64,000 bases of DNA from an uncultured Ignavibacteriales bacterium (GTDB lineage: Bacteria > Zixibacteria > MSB-5A5 > GN15 > FEB-12), in NCBI GenBank assembly GCA_964518635.1, contig CAZFGK010000005.1, forward strand, positions 1,679 through 65,678, written 5' to 3'. The translations under genes were made by a program, and so were the position numbers. The notes below the pieces were generated by a model that was given only the letters and a program-made list of their open reading frames with translations, was not told the DNA's origin and searched no databases. Of the stretch, positions 27,698-36,640 are shown piece by piece; position 1 is the stretch's first letter, and each line of letters starts with the position of its first letter.

Positions 27698-29248
27698 ATG
27701 TCTGCAAACTTCATTCCCTCTTCTTCGAATGCCAGCGGCCAGGTCGAAGAGATTGTCCGCCGTGTGCTCTCTGAAATCCAGGTTGGCTCACAGCCAATTG
27801 CGTCCCCGACAGGTCAATCATCACTTCAATCAGTAGTCCAGGCAAAGAGCTGGCAGCATTCCGCATCGCCATCATCAGTTGGCTCATCAGTTCCCCCCAG
27901 AGCAACACCAGTCGGGTCGACAAATATCTTTTCTGATCTGAATCAGGCGGTCGAAGCAGCCCGTCTGGCGCAGAGAAAGTGGCTCGATGTCTCGCTCGAA
28001 CGTCGCAAAGCGATTGTCGAAGCGATTCGCGTGACTGCTCGTGCCAATGCCGAACGTCTCGGTCGTATGGCAGTCTCCGAGACTGGTCTCGGTCGGATGC
28101 CAGACAAGATGAACAAGATTCTACTTTGTGCTGACAAGACTCCGGGGCCGGAAGATCTGCATCCTATCGCTTTCAGTGGTGATCATGGACTCACCCTTGT
28201 CGAACCCGCCCCATGGGGAGTGATTGGCATTATTACACCCAGTACGAATCCAGCAGAGACCGTTCTCAATAATACAATCTCAGCAATCTCCGCCGGAAAT
28301 AGTGCGGTCTTCAATCCGCATCCGGGGGCGAAGATGGTCTCTGCCGAAATGGCGAAACTGATTCATGATGCTATTCTCTCGTGTAATGGTCCTGAATTTT
28401 TGATAACCTGTGTTGAAAGTCCGACGGTCGAGTCCGCTCAGATGCTCATGAAACATCCCGGTATCGATCTGATACTTGTCACAGGAGGTGGGGCAGTAGT
28501 TCGGCAGGCGATGCAATCCGGTCGCCGCGCTATTTGTGCCGGTCCCGGGAATCCGCCAGTCCTTGTGGATGAGACCGCGGTTCTCACCCAGGCAGGGAAG
28601 GATATTGTCGATGGGGCATCCTTCGATAACAATGTCCTTTGCACCGACGAAAAAGAGATTTTCTGTGTCGACAAAGTTGCCCATCGTCTCAAACGAGAGA
28701 TGATCGCTCACGGCGCGTATGAATTGGAAGGGGCGAATATCGACAAACTGACCCGGATTCTCATCGAAAGTGATCCGGATGGTCGAGGATATCGTCATGT
28801 GGCAATCAATAGACGATTTGTCGGTAAGAACGCCGAAGAGATTCTCAAGCAGATTGATGTCGTGCCGCCCCCCGGAACACGATTAGTTTTCTTTGAAGCG
28901 AATTGGGATCACCCGCTGGTAATGGCGGAGCAGCTGATGCCAGTCATACCCTTTGTACGAGTCAAGAATGTCGAGGAGGGGATGGAAAAATCGGTGATTG
29001 TCGAGCATCAGTTTCGTCACACCTTCGTCATGCACTCTACCTCGATTGTGAACCTGAGCACGATGGCACAGCTATGTCGGTCGAACATTTTTGTGAAGAA
29101 CGGCTTCAACATGGCCGGACTTGGCTATGGCGGGGAAGGGTATGCCTCGATGTCGATTGCCGGAACGACCGGTGAAGGAATAACCAAAGCGAGCACCTTC
29201 ACACGCCCGCGACGATGCACGCTGGTCGATTATTTCAGAATCATTTAG
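27698..29248 (+). CDS. CoA-acylating aldehyde dehydrogenase (EutE/PduP type) with an N-terminal encapsulation-peptide-like helix
   Basis: 516 aa. The catalytic Cys context FDNNVLCTDEKE matches the BMC AldDh pattern DNN.PC.AEKE. Residues 14-29 (GQVEEIVRRVLSEIQV) form an amphipathic helix like the PduP/EutE targeting peptides, followed by an S/P/Q-rich linker. Confidence 0.88.
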   Translation: MSANFIPSSSNASGQVEEIVRRVLSEIQVGSQPIASPTGQSSLQSVVQAKSWQHSASPSSVGSSVPPRATPVGSTNIFSDLNQAVEAARLAQRKWLDVSLERRKAIVEAIRVTARANAERLGRMAVSETGLGRMPDKMNKILLCADKTPGPEDLHPIAFSGDHGLTLVEPAPWGVIGIITPSTNPAETVLNNTISAISAGNSAVFNPHPGAKMVSAEMAKLIHDAILSCNGPEFLITCVESPTVESAQMLMKHPGIDLILVTGGGAVVRQAMQSGRRAICAGPGNPPVLVDETAVLTQAGKDIVDGASFDNNVLCTDEKEIFCVDKVAHRLKREMIAHGAYELEGANIDKLTRILIESDPDGRGYRHVAINRRFVGKNAEEILKQIDVVPPPGTRLVFFEANWDHPLVMAEQLMPVIPFVRVKNVEEGMEKSVIVEHQFRHTFVMHSTSIVNLSTMAQLCRSNIFVKNGFNMAGLGYGGEGYASMSIAGTTGEGITKASTFTRPRRCTLVDYFRII

Positions 29249-29340
29249 TGCCGTTTCGCAGTTGACCTTTTCTCTCTCTCAGATCATCCTTATCAACGAT
29301 TATATTCGATTCGATCGCCTTACATACAAGGAGATGTAAC

Positions 29341-29913
29341 ATGCCTCATCACGTCCTCTGCATTCTTGCCGAGGGGTTTGAAGATATCGAGACCATTGCC
29401 CCGATAGACATACTCAATCGTGCGGGGGTGGAAGTCACCGTCGTCGGGCTGCTTCCCGGTCCGGTCAAAGCCGCCTACGGTACGACCATTCTGCCAAAAA
29501 CTGACCTGACGAAACTTGATGTAACGCAACTTTACGACGGAATTTTCTTCCCTGGTGGGAGAGTTAATGCTCGTGCCCTTGCCGCTTCATCGACTGTCAT
29601 TGATCTCATTCATCGCCATGACCGTGCCGGAAAACTGGTGTCCGCAATCTGCGCGTCACCGAGTCACGTGTTGGGCGAAGCAGCAGGAATTTTGAAAGGG
29701 AGAAGAGCTACCGGCGATCCGACTTTCAATGAAAAACTTGACGAGTCGGGAGCAATTCTGACAGACGAACTGGTCACCCGGGATGGAAATCTGATCACCG
29801 GAATGGGGCCGGGAGCAGCGATGCCGTACGGGCTTGCTCTTGCAGCCTATTTTGTTGGTCGGGAGATCACCGACGGCTACGCCGAAAAATGGCGCATCCC
29901 AAAGAACTACTAA
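29341..29913 (+). CDS. DJ-1/PfpI (ThiJ/YajL-like) family protein
   Basis: 190 aa. ILAEGFEDIETIAPIDIL N-terminus and a nucleophile elbow SAICASPSHVL. AAGGAG SD upstream. Confidence 0.88.
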   Translation: MPHHVLCILAEGFEDIETIAPIDILNRAGVEVTVVGLLPGPVKAAYGTTILPKTDLTKLDVTQLYDGIFFPGGRVNARALAASSTVIDLIHRHDRAGKLVSAICASPSHVLGEAAGILKGRRATGDPTFNEKLDESGAILTDELVTRDGNLITGMGPGAAMPYGLALAAYFVGREITDGYAEKWRIPKNY

Positions 29914-29984
29914 ACAGATTCTCTGCTATCGCTGCAATGTTCTTTGCTGACAGGGATGGTCATTGTTGCCGATAGTAAGGTGAA

Positions 29985-31247
29985 ATGGCGCAGATACAAC
30001 TCATTGTCAGCTACGAAGACGGCCATGTTGCCGACTTCTTTCCCCTTACTCGATTCCGTCCGGTGGGGTTACTCCGCTCCGGGATTCTACCCCTGTTCTC
30101 TCGTCTCAAACGTCTCTATCCGGAACAGCCATTTGTAATTGGGTGCCGATCAGCAGTTGCTCCGCTCGTCCGAACACAGTTTCCGGAACTTGGGGTCAAT
30201 CCTGATATTCCCGCGATTGGAAATGTACTTTTCATAGCCTCTCGCCTTCGTCATTTCGGCGACCTTGCTGAAAAATTAGCGCAGGCGAAGCAATCGGTGC
30301 GACTCGTCAACGGAGATGGCACGGTCGGGATTTTCTGGCAGGGGGAGCTGCAAGGGAAGTTTCCTGATGTAACTGATAAGCTCCGTTCTAGCGTGAAAAC
30401 ATTACCGACGGTTACTACTACGGCGAGCTTCTATCGAGGCGCATGGGAGATCATGGCTGATATCGGTGACGAGATCACTGCCGACTTCGCCTATCTCAGT
30501 CCGGAGTTTCCACGAGCGCGGACATTTACTCTGCACGAAGGGGCGTATCTTCTTGGGAAAGAGAAGATATATCTTTCCGAAGGGGTTGAAATCATGCCCG
30601 GGGTGGTTTTGGATGCTCGTCCCGGCCCGATTGTGATTGGTGCACATACTCGGCTTGAACCGCAGACAACGATCATTGGTCCTTGCTACATTGGTCCAAA
30701 CTCACTGGTCCCATTTGGACGAATTGCTGATTGCTCAATTGGAGAAGTCTGTCGTGTTGGCGGGGAGGTTGAGGCATCGATTTTCCAGAGCTACAGCAAT
30801 AAGTATCATGCCGGATTTATCGGACATGCCTATGTCGGTTCGTGGGTGAATTTTGGTGCGATGACCACCAACAGTGACCTGAAAAATAATTACTCTACTA
30901 TTCGGCTGCATCAAAATGGCAGAGATATCGACACCGGATCGATCAAAGTGGGTTCATTCATCGGGGATCACACTAAATTTGGAATCGGTACACTTCTGAA
31001 TACCGGCATCACCATCGGTTGCTGCTCGAATATTTTCGGCGGCTCACTGGTGAGTGAAAAAGTGGTCGGTGATTTCTGCTGGGGTGGGAATGGGGCGTAT
31101 CACTCATACGAACTTTCCAAAGCAGTGGAGACTATTCAGAGAACGATGCTGAGGCGAGGGGTGAAGCTCCCCGACGCCGAGAAGCAGTTGATAGTCGAGC
31201 TTTCTGAAGGGAAGTCCGACATGTCCGGTACGCTCGATTTCGACTAG
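29985..31247 (+). CDS. Putative sugar nucleotidyltransferase-like protein with a C-terminal left-handed beta-helix (hexapeptide repeats), GlmU-like
   Basis: 420 aa. The N-terminus FFPLTRFRPVGLLRSGILPL matches the PLT..RP...R.G signature of an uncharacterised FCB family, and the canonical G-x-G-x-R loop is absent. The C-terminal half has hexapeptide-repeat periodicity. Confidence 0.6.
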   Translation: MAQIQLIVSYEDGHVADFFPLTRFRPVGLLRSGILPLFSRLKRLYPEQPFVIGCRSAVAPLVRTQFPELGVNPDIPAIGNVLFIASRLRHFGDLAEKLAQAKQSVRLVNGDGTVGIFWQGELQGKFPDVTDKLRSSVKTLPTVTTTASFYRGAWEIMADIGDEITADFAYLSPEFPRARTFTLHEGAYLLGKEKIYLSEGVEIMPGVVLDARPGPIVIGAHTRLEPQTTIIGPCYIGPNSLVPFGRIADCSIGEVCRVGGEVEASIFQSYSNKYHAGFIGHAYVGSWVNFGAMTTNSDLKNNYSTIRLHQNGRDIDTGSIKVGSFIGDHTKFGIGTLLNTGITIGCCSNIFGGSLVSEKVVGDFCWGGNGAYHSYELSKAVETIQRTMLRRGVKLPDAEKQLIVELSEGKSDMSGTLDFD

Positions 31248-31335
31248 CCCGTTCCAATATCCAGGCCATTTTTCGTAGTTCGATTGACAACCCCCCTTCG
31301 ATCCTCATATGTTCGCTTCATGCAGCGAGTTATGA

Positions 31336-32358
31336 ATGCCTGAATTACGCCGCGATCCAGTCGTTGGTCGTTGGGTTATTATCGCCAGAGAGCGGGGGAT
31401 GCGTCCGATCACACTGACGCCAGTCGTGCGAAATGGCGGCGCATCAGAATGTCCATTCTGTCCGGGGAATGAAGAGACCACTCCGCCGGAAGTAATGGCG
31501 TACCGTGACGCCAATTCTTTACCGAACAAATCCGGTTGGCGACTGCGTGTAATCTCCAACAAGTTTCCGGCTCTCAAGATCGAAGGACAACTCAGCCGTG
31601 AGCCAGCCGGTATCTATGACCGGATGAACGGGATCGGTGCGCATGAGGTGATTATTGAATGTCCTGATCATGGACGTGACCTCACCGAGATGAGCATCAG
31701 TGAAATCCGTGATGTCTTTCGCGCCTATCGTGATCGAATGGTCGATCTCGAACGTGACCAACGCTTCAAATATATCCTGATCTTCAAAAATCACGGGGAA
31801 GCAGCCGGTGCTTCGCTTGAGCACGCGCATAGCCAGCTGATTGCGATGCCGATTGTCCCGAAGCAGGTCAGCGAAGAACTGATTGGCGCAAAGACCTACT
31901 ATGATTTCAAAGAGCGGTGTATTTTCTGCGATATTATTCGTCAGGAGATTATCGATACCGAACGGCTCGTTTCAGATTATGATTCCTTCATCTCATTCAT
32001 GCCTTTTGCTCCGAGATTTCCGTTTGAAACACATGTCATCCCGAAGGCGCATCAGTCCAGCTTTCTAGAGATGTCAGAAAGTGACTATCTTAAGCTCGCC
32101 GCATGTCTGCGTGACACGCTGCAACGACTAAACGCCGCGCTGAATCGACCTGCATTCAATTTTGTGCTTCATACCCGACCAGTATCGCGTGACTCGCATG
32201 AGTATTTCCACTGGCACATTGAGATCATTCCAAAGCTCACCAAGATTGCAGGATTCGAGTGGGGCTCCGGTTTTTTCATCAATCACACCGCACCGGAAGA
32301 TGCAGCGAGCTATCTTCGAAGTCTGACTCTTGATCCATCGGTGATTGCAACGACCTGA
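31336..32358 (+). CDS. GalT-like HIT-superfamily nucleotidyltransferase (galactose-1-phosphate uridylyltransferase / ADP-glucose phosphorylase family)
   Basis: N-terminus RRDPVVGRWVIIA..R..RP. Zinc motif CPFCPGNE. Active-site H-x-H-x-Q present as LEHAHSQLIAMP. Confidence 0.85.
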   Translation: MPELRRDPVVGRWVIIARERGMRPITLTPVVRNGGASECPFCPGNEETTPPEVMAYRDANSLPNKSGWRLRVISNKFPALKIEGQLSREPAGIYDRMNGIGAHEVIIECPDHGRDLTEMSISEIRDVFRAYRDRMVDLERDQRFKYILIFKNHGEAAGASLEHAHSQLIAMPIVPKQVSEELIGAKTYYDFKERCIFCDIIRQEIIDTERLVSDYDSFISFMPFAPRFPFETHVIPKAHQSSFLEMSESDYLKLAACLRDTLQRLNAALNRPAFNFVLHTRPVSRDSHEYFHWHIEIIPKLTKIAGFEWGSGFFINHTAPEDAASYLRSLTLDPSVIATT

Positions 32359-32366
32359 TCTGATTC

Positions 32367-33845
32367 ATGGCAAAACCACTTGTTGCAATGATCTCTTCCG
32401 AAGCCGCGCCGTTTTCAAGGACCGGCGGGTTGGGAGATGTCGTCGGATCTCTTTCACAGGCGATGACCGCGCGGAATTTTGAGGTCTGTGTCTTTCTCCC
32501 CTGGTATCAGTCGATTAGAGGGGCATTGCCGGGGATTAGATCGACCGGCGTTGATGTCCTCGTGCAAATCGGAGGGCAGGGGAAGATCGCCCGTATAGGT
32601 GAGACAGTTCATGAAAGGGTTCGCTACTACTTCGTAGGCGGAGAGTATTTCAACCGAGCAGGGAGTTACGGCGACCCACAGACCGGGATCGATTACCCCG
32701 ACAATGATGAACGCTTTTCGTTCTTTGTCCGAGCCGCTCTCAAAGCCGCCTCGTCGCTTCATTTGCAGCCGTCACTCTGGCATCTGCATGACTGGCAGAC
32801 ATCTCTGCTGCCACTCTACATGGTGCAGCGTGCAAAGCAGCATCACCAGCCGGTGATTCCGACGCTGCTCACTATTCATAATCTCGGTTATCAGGGATCG
32901 TTCGACGCGGCACGATTCCCCTTACTCGAACTCACACCGGATGTCATGGTCCCGATTCGAGGACCACTCGAATTTTACGGACGTGTCAATTTCCTCAAAG
33001 CGGGGATCGTGACTGCAAGTAAAGTCTCTACTGTCTCCCCTCGCTATGCGAAAGAGATTCTTACTCCAGAGTTCGGATTCGGGCTTGATGGAGTCCTGCG
33101 GATGCGCGGGAATGATCTCTGCGGGATTACCAACGGAATTGATACCGACATCTGGACTCCACTTCGGGATCCATTTATTCCGTTTGCCTACGGACCGTTG
33201 AATCTTTCGCGAAAGAGAATGAACAAGATTGAATTCCTCCGGCACAATGGGATGCCCTTTCGTGAGCACGCGCCGCTGATCGGAATGGTCACACGTTTCG
33301 CAGAACAAAAAGGGATCGATCTGGTGATCGGTGCGCTGCCGGAACTGATGAAACGAGACTGTCAGTTGTTCATTCTTGGGAGTGGCGAACGTCATTACGC
33401 CGATTCACTTCAGGAGTTTGCGCAAAAGTATCCCGACCGGATCAAAGTCGCATTCACTTTTGATGAGCCACTCTCACGTCGAATTCTGGCGGCGAGTGAT
33501 CTGGTGCTCATGCCCTCTCGGTATGAGCCATGTGGGCTGTTTCAGCTCTACGGCATGCGGTATGGGGCACTGCCAATTGTTCATGCCGTCGGCGGGTTGA
33601 AAGATACCGTCGTCGATATCGCTTCGTCCCCTAAAGAGGGAAGAGGCTTCGTGTTTGAGAAATTGACCGTAGAAGCGATGCTGGCTTCAATCGATTCTGC
33701 GTTTGCGCACTTTGCCAGACGTCGTGCCTGGTCCGGACAGGTGAAACATGCCATGGGGTATGACAGCTCGTGGGGGCAATCAGCGCGCGAATATGAGAAG
33801 CTCTACAGTGCCATGATCATGAACGCCAGAGGAGCCGCTCAATGA
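32367..33845 (+). CDS. glgA: Glycogen/starch synthase (GT5)
   Basis: N-terminus SSEAAPFSRTGGLGDVVGSL (the K/R-TGGLGDV motif). Also IHNLGYQG, and C-terminal SRYEPCGL and VGGLKDTV. Confidence 0.9.
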   Translation: MAKPLVAMISSEAAPFSRTGGLGDVVGSLSQAMTARNFEVCVFLPWYQSIRGALPGIRSTGVDVLVQIGGQGKIARIGETVHERVRYYFVGGEYFNRAGSYGDPQTGIDYPDNDERFSFFVRAALKAASSLHLQPSLWHLHDWQTSLLPLYMVQRAKQHHQPVIPTLLTIHNLGYQGSFDAARFPLLELTPDVMVPIRGPLEFYGRVNFLKAGIVTASKVSTVSPRYAKEILTPEFGFGLDGVLRMRGNDLCGITNGIDTDIWTPLRDPFIPFAYGPLNLSRKRMNKIEFLRHNGMPFREHAPLIGMVTRFAEQKGIDLVIGALPELMKRDCQLFILGSGERHYADSLQEFAQKYPDRIKVAFTFDEPLSRRILAASDLVLMPSRYEPCGLFQLYGMRYGALPIVHAVGGLKDTVVDIASSPKEGRGFVFEKLTVEAMLASIDSAFAHFARRRAWSGQVKHAMGYDSSWGQSAREYEKLYSAMIMNARGAAQ

Positions 33846-35983
33846 TGGACTTTCTGAAACGTTACTGGCTGATGTTCATCGGAATGCTGGTCTATCTCTT
33901 TTTCTCAAACGGGATTTTCTTCCTATTCGGCGAGATGCTCTGGTTCATTCAGGATGATGCCTACATCACCTATCGATATGTACAAAATTATCTCAACGGG
34001 AATGGGCTCGTCTTCAACATCGGAGAACGTATTGAAGGAATCACCAATGCCGGCTGGGCAATCGTGCAGATCGCGTGCGGTTCATGGGGGCTTCCTTATA
34101 TTCCGATATCACAATGGCTCGGACTGTTTTTCGGACTCGGTATTATCTATCTCACCTTCAAAATAGCTGAAGAGATTTTTGATAGCAAAGAACCCTGGTT
34201 TGCCGGAGCAGCTGCTCTGCTGGTCGGGCTCACGCAATCACTCGCCTATTGGTCGATGGCGGGACTAGAGACTGCCTGCTTCGCTTTCTTCTCACTTCTG
34301 TCTCTTTATTTTCTCATCACTCGTAACTGGCTGTTGATCTGGTCGACAGTCATGATGGTATGGATGCGCCCCGAGGGGGCAGTGGTGACCGCCTTACTAA
34401 TAATCATAGATTCCATTCGACTTCGTCGATTCTCCTGGTTTCCGTTTCTGACCGGGGCGGTGGCATTCGTATTGTCGCTGCCATTTGTTGGGTTCAAGCT
34501 CAGCTATTACGGCGGCATTCTGCCAAATCCATTTTATGCAAAAACTCGAGCCGATTGGGAGCACTTTCAGGCAGGATTCAGCTATGTCTGGGAGTTCCTG
34601 CGTCACTATGGATTCGCTGGTTTGGGCCTGCTCATTCCCGCTTTGTTCTGGAAGAAACTGACCGGATGGCAGCAGGCATTGTTGGTGTATGTAGTTCTCT
34701 ATACGCTGTATATTGTGTCGGTCGGCGGGGATGTGCTTAAAGTGCATCGATTCTTTTTCCCGGTCTTTACCGGATTTTCGGTGCTCGCTTGCATTTCAAT
34801 GTTTCTCTTATGTCGATCAAAAACTCTTGTAGCGAGTGTCATCGCACTACTTTGGATTCAGCTTCTAATCATTTGGTATGGCTCGACGCCGCAATCAACT
34901 CCTGACTCAACCCTCTGGTTGCAGGCAATTTCTATTGGAGCCTTTGTCGTACTGTTGGTTTATACCGCTCTTCAAATGAACAGCCGTACTACAGCAATGG
35001 GTCTTTCCAGAGCTAATGTTGCAGTGGCGTTATTCGCCTGCTTCATCCCCATGGGGTTTTTGACTGTCTATTTCCCGACACAGACAGTTGGTGACTACAA
35101 CAATCTGGAAAAGGCATTCACCAGAAAAATGCAGGCGATCGCCAAAAACATGAAGGAAACGGACCAACGGCCGTTTTCAGTCGCTCTGGCAACGATTGGT
35201 ATTTTCGGATATGAGTTGGTCGGACATGAGATCATCGATATGGTAGGGTTGACCGATTCGACCATTGCACGGCATCCCGAGCCACCGATTCCGGGAATGA
35301 CCACAACGTGGCGAGAGAGAAATCTCAACACGACGTATCTTCTCAAGCGCGCGCCCGACTATGTTGTTTTTTCGACAGGGATCAAACCCTCCGCTCCGGC
35401 GGAACGAGCTCTTATGCTTTACCGTCAGTTTACTGAGGCCTATCGAGTTGTTGCCTGGTATTATGAATCGCAGCCCGGCGCAGGGGTGATGAACTCAGCA
35501 TTCAAAAAGACACACCCGATTCCGGATTTGCCGCTGACTCCGTACTACCCGGTTCAATATGTTCAGGACTACAAGAGCGGTCTCGATCATTATGCCAGGT
35601 CACGGTATGACTCGGCGATATTCTACTATGACCGGGCATTGTCAGTCGCTGCCGCTCCGCCGTACATCTATGTCATCTACAACAAGGCATTCTCATTACT
35701 CCTGCAGAATAAATTCCCTGAGGCGATGTTTCTGCTGGATGAAGTACTTGCTCGAGATTCGATGGTCTATGAGGCACACAAGGACCTGGATATTCTTTAT
35801 CGAATCATTGGAGACCGAGAGCGATCAGAATTGCATCAGCGCTGGCTTCGGAAACTGGTCCCATGGTATCTGCCACGTCACGAGATGATTGCTCAGGATA
35901 TGGTACGCTCGGCCCGGGAGCAGATGAGGCAACAACAGCAACAGCAAGTGCCATCAACACAGCCGCCGGGGACCAGAAAATAG
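33842..35983 (+). CDS. GT-C-like polytopic membrane protein with a C-terminal TPR-like domain
   Basis: 713 aa. N-terminal motif QDDAYITYRYVQNYLNGNGLVFNIGERIEGITN, about 12 TM segments, and a soluble helical-repeat tail. ATGA overlap with the glgA stop. Confidence 0.6.
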   Translation: MMDFLKRYWLMFIGMLVYLFFSNGIFFLFGEMLWFIQDDAYITYRYVQNYLNGNGLVFNIGERIEGITNAGWAIVQIACGSWGLPYIPISQWLGLFFGLGIIYLTFKIAEEIFDSKEPWFAGAAALLVGLTQSLAYWSMAGLETACFAFFSLLSLYFLITRNWLLIWSTVMMVWMRPEGAVVTALLIIIDSIRLRRFSWFPFLTGAVAFVLSLPFVGFKLSYYGGILPNPFYAKTRADWEHFQAGFSYVWEFLRHYGFAGLGLLIPALFWKKLTGWQQALLVYVVLYTLYIVSVGGDVLKVHRFFFPVFTGFSVLACISMFLLCRSKTLVASVIALLWIQLLIIWYGSTPQSTPDSTLWLQAISIGAFVVLLVYTALQMNSRTTAMGLSRANVAVALFACFIPMGFLTVYFPTQTVGDYNNLEKAFTRKMQAIAKNMKETDQRPFSVALATIGIFGYELVGHEIIDMVGLTDSTIARHPEPPIPGMTTTWRERNLNTTYLLKRAPDYVVFSTGIKPSAPAERALMLYRQFTEAYRVVAWYYESQPGAGVMNSAFKKTHPIPDLPLTPYYPVQYVQDYKSGLDHYARSRYDSAIFYYDRALSVAAAPPYIYVIYNKAFSLLLQNKFPEAMFLLDEVLARDSMVYEAHKDLDILYRIIGDRERSELHQRWLRKLVPWYLPRHEMIAQDMVRSAREQMRQQQQQQVPSTQPPGTRK

Positions 35984-36011
35984 TCAAATTTTGCCCGGAA
36001 AAAGGGGACGC

Positions 36012-36039
36012 TTGACAGTCTGGGGGTCGATACTATATT
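36012..36039 (+). promoter_or_regulatory. Candidate sigma70-type promoter upstream of the tRNA pair
   Basis: TTGACA-16 nt-TATATT, about 65 nt upstream of tRNA-Gly. Confidence 0.4.
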
Positions 36040-36103
36040 CAATATCTCAGTTCATTAAGCCGGGCAAGCCGGGTACATGGATTGAGTATGTAGATGGCTG
36101 CAG

Positions 36104-36261
<158 letters not shown>

Positions 36262-36640
36262 GTGGCGCCTTTTGATCTCCTGTTTCCCTTACAATGCCAA
36301 GTGGAATTTTCAAGCTTCTGCTCGCATATATGTAGCTACTTGCTTTTGACTCATCGAATGGCGTGAACGGCCCACCAATCACGTAGTCAAACTCAGGTTG
36401 TTTAGTTGGGTTAATTCGGAGTGGAGAGAACGATGCAAAATTTCAGGCAATAAAAAGAGGGCGCTCGTCTGGTCGGGTAGAGGGGGCTAGGAAACTACCC
36501 AGGGACAGCAGAGAGTCACCCTCGTCAATTGTGAACGCAATATCTACCAATCATCCGATCAGTCAAGCCCTTTTGGACTGAAATTCCGAAAAACATTTCA
36601 TGGCCAGAGAGCAGGTTTTCGCAGGCATTTCAGTGCTATT

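Noticed and set aside
28280-28798. 172-aa minus-strand ORF inside the aldehyde dehydrogenase
   Set aside because: It is antisense to a strongly supported CDS. I considered it as a possible hidden shell or partner gene, but it has no BMC-like sequence.
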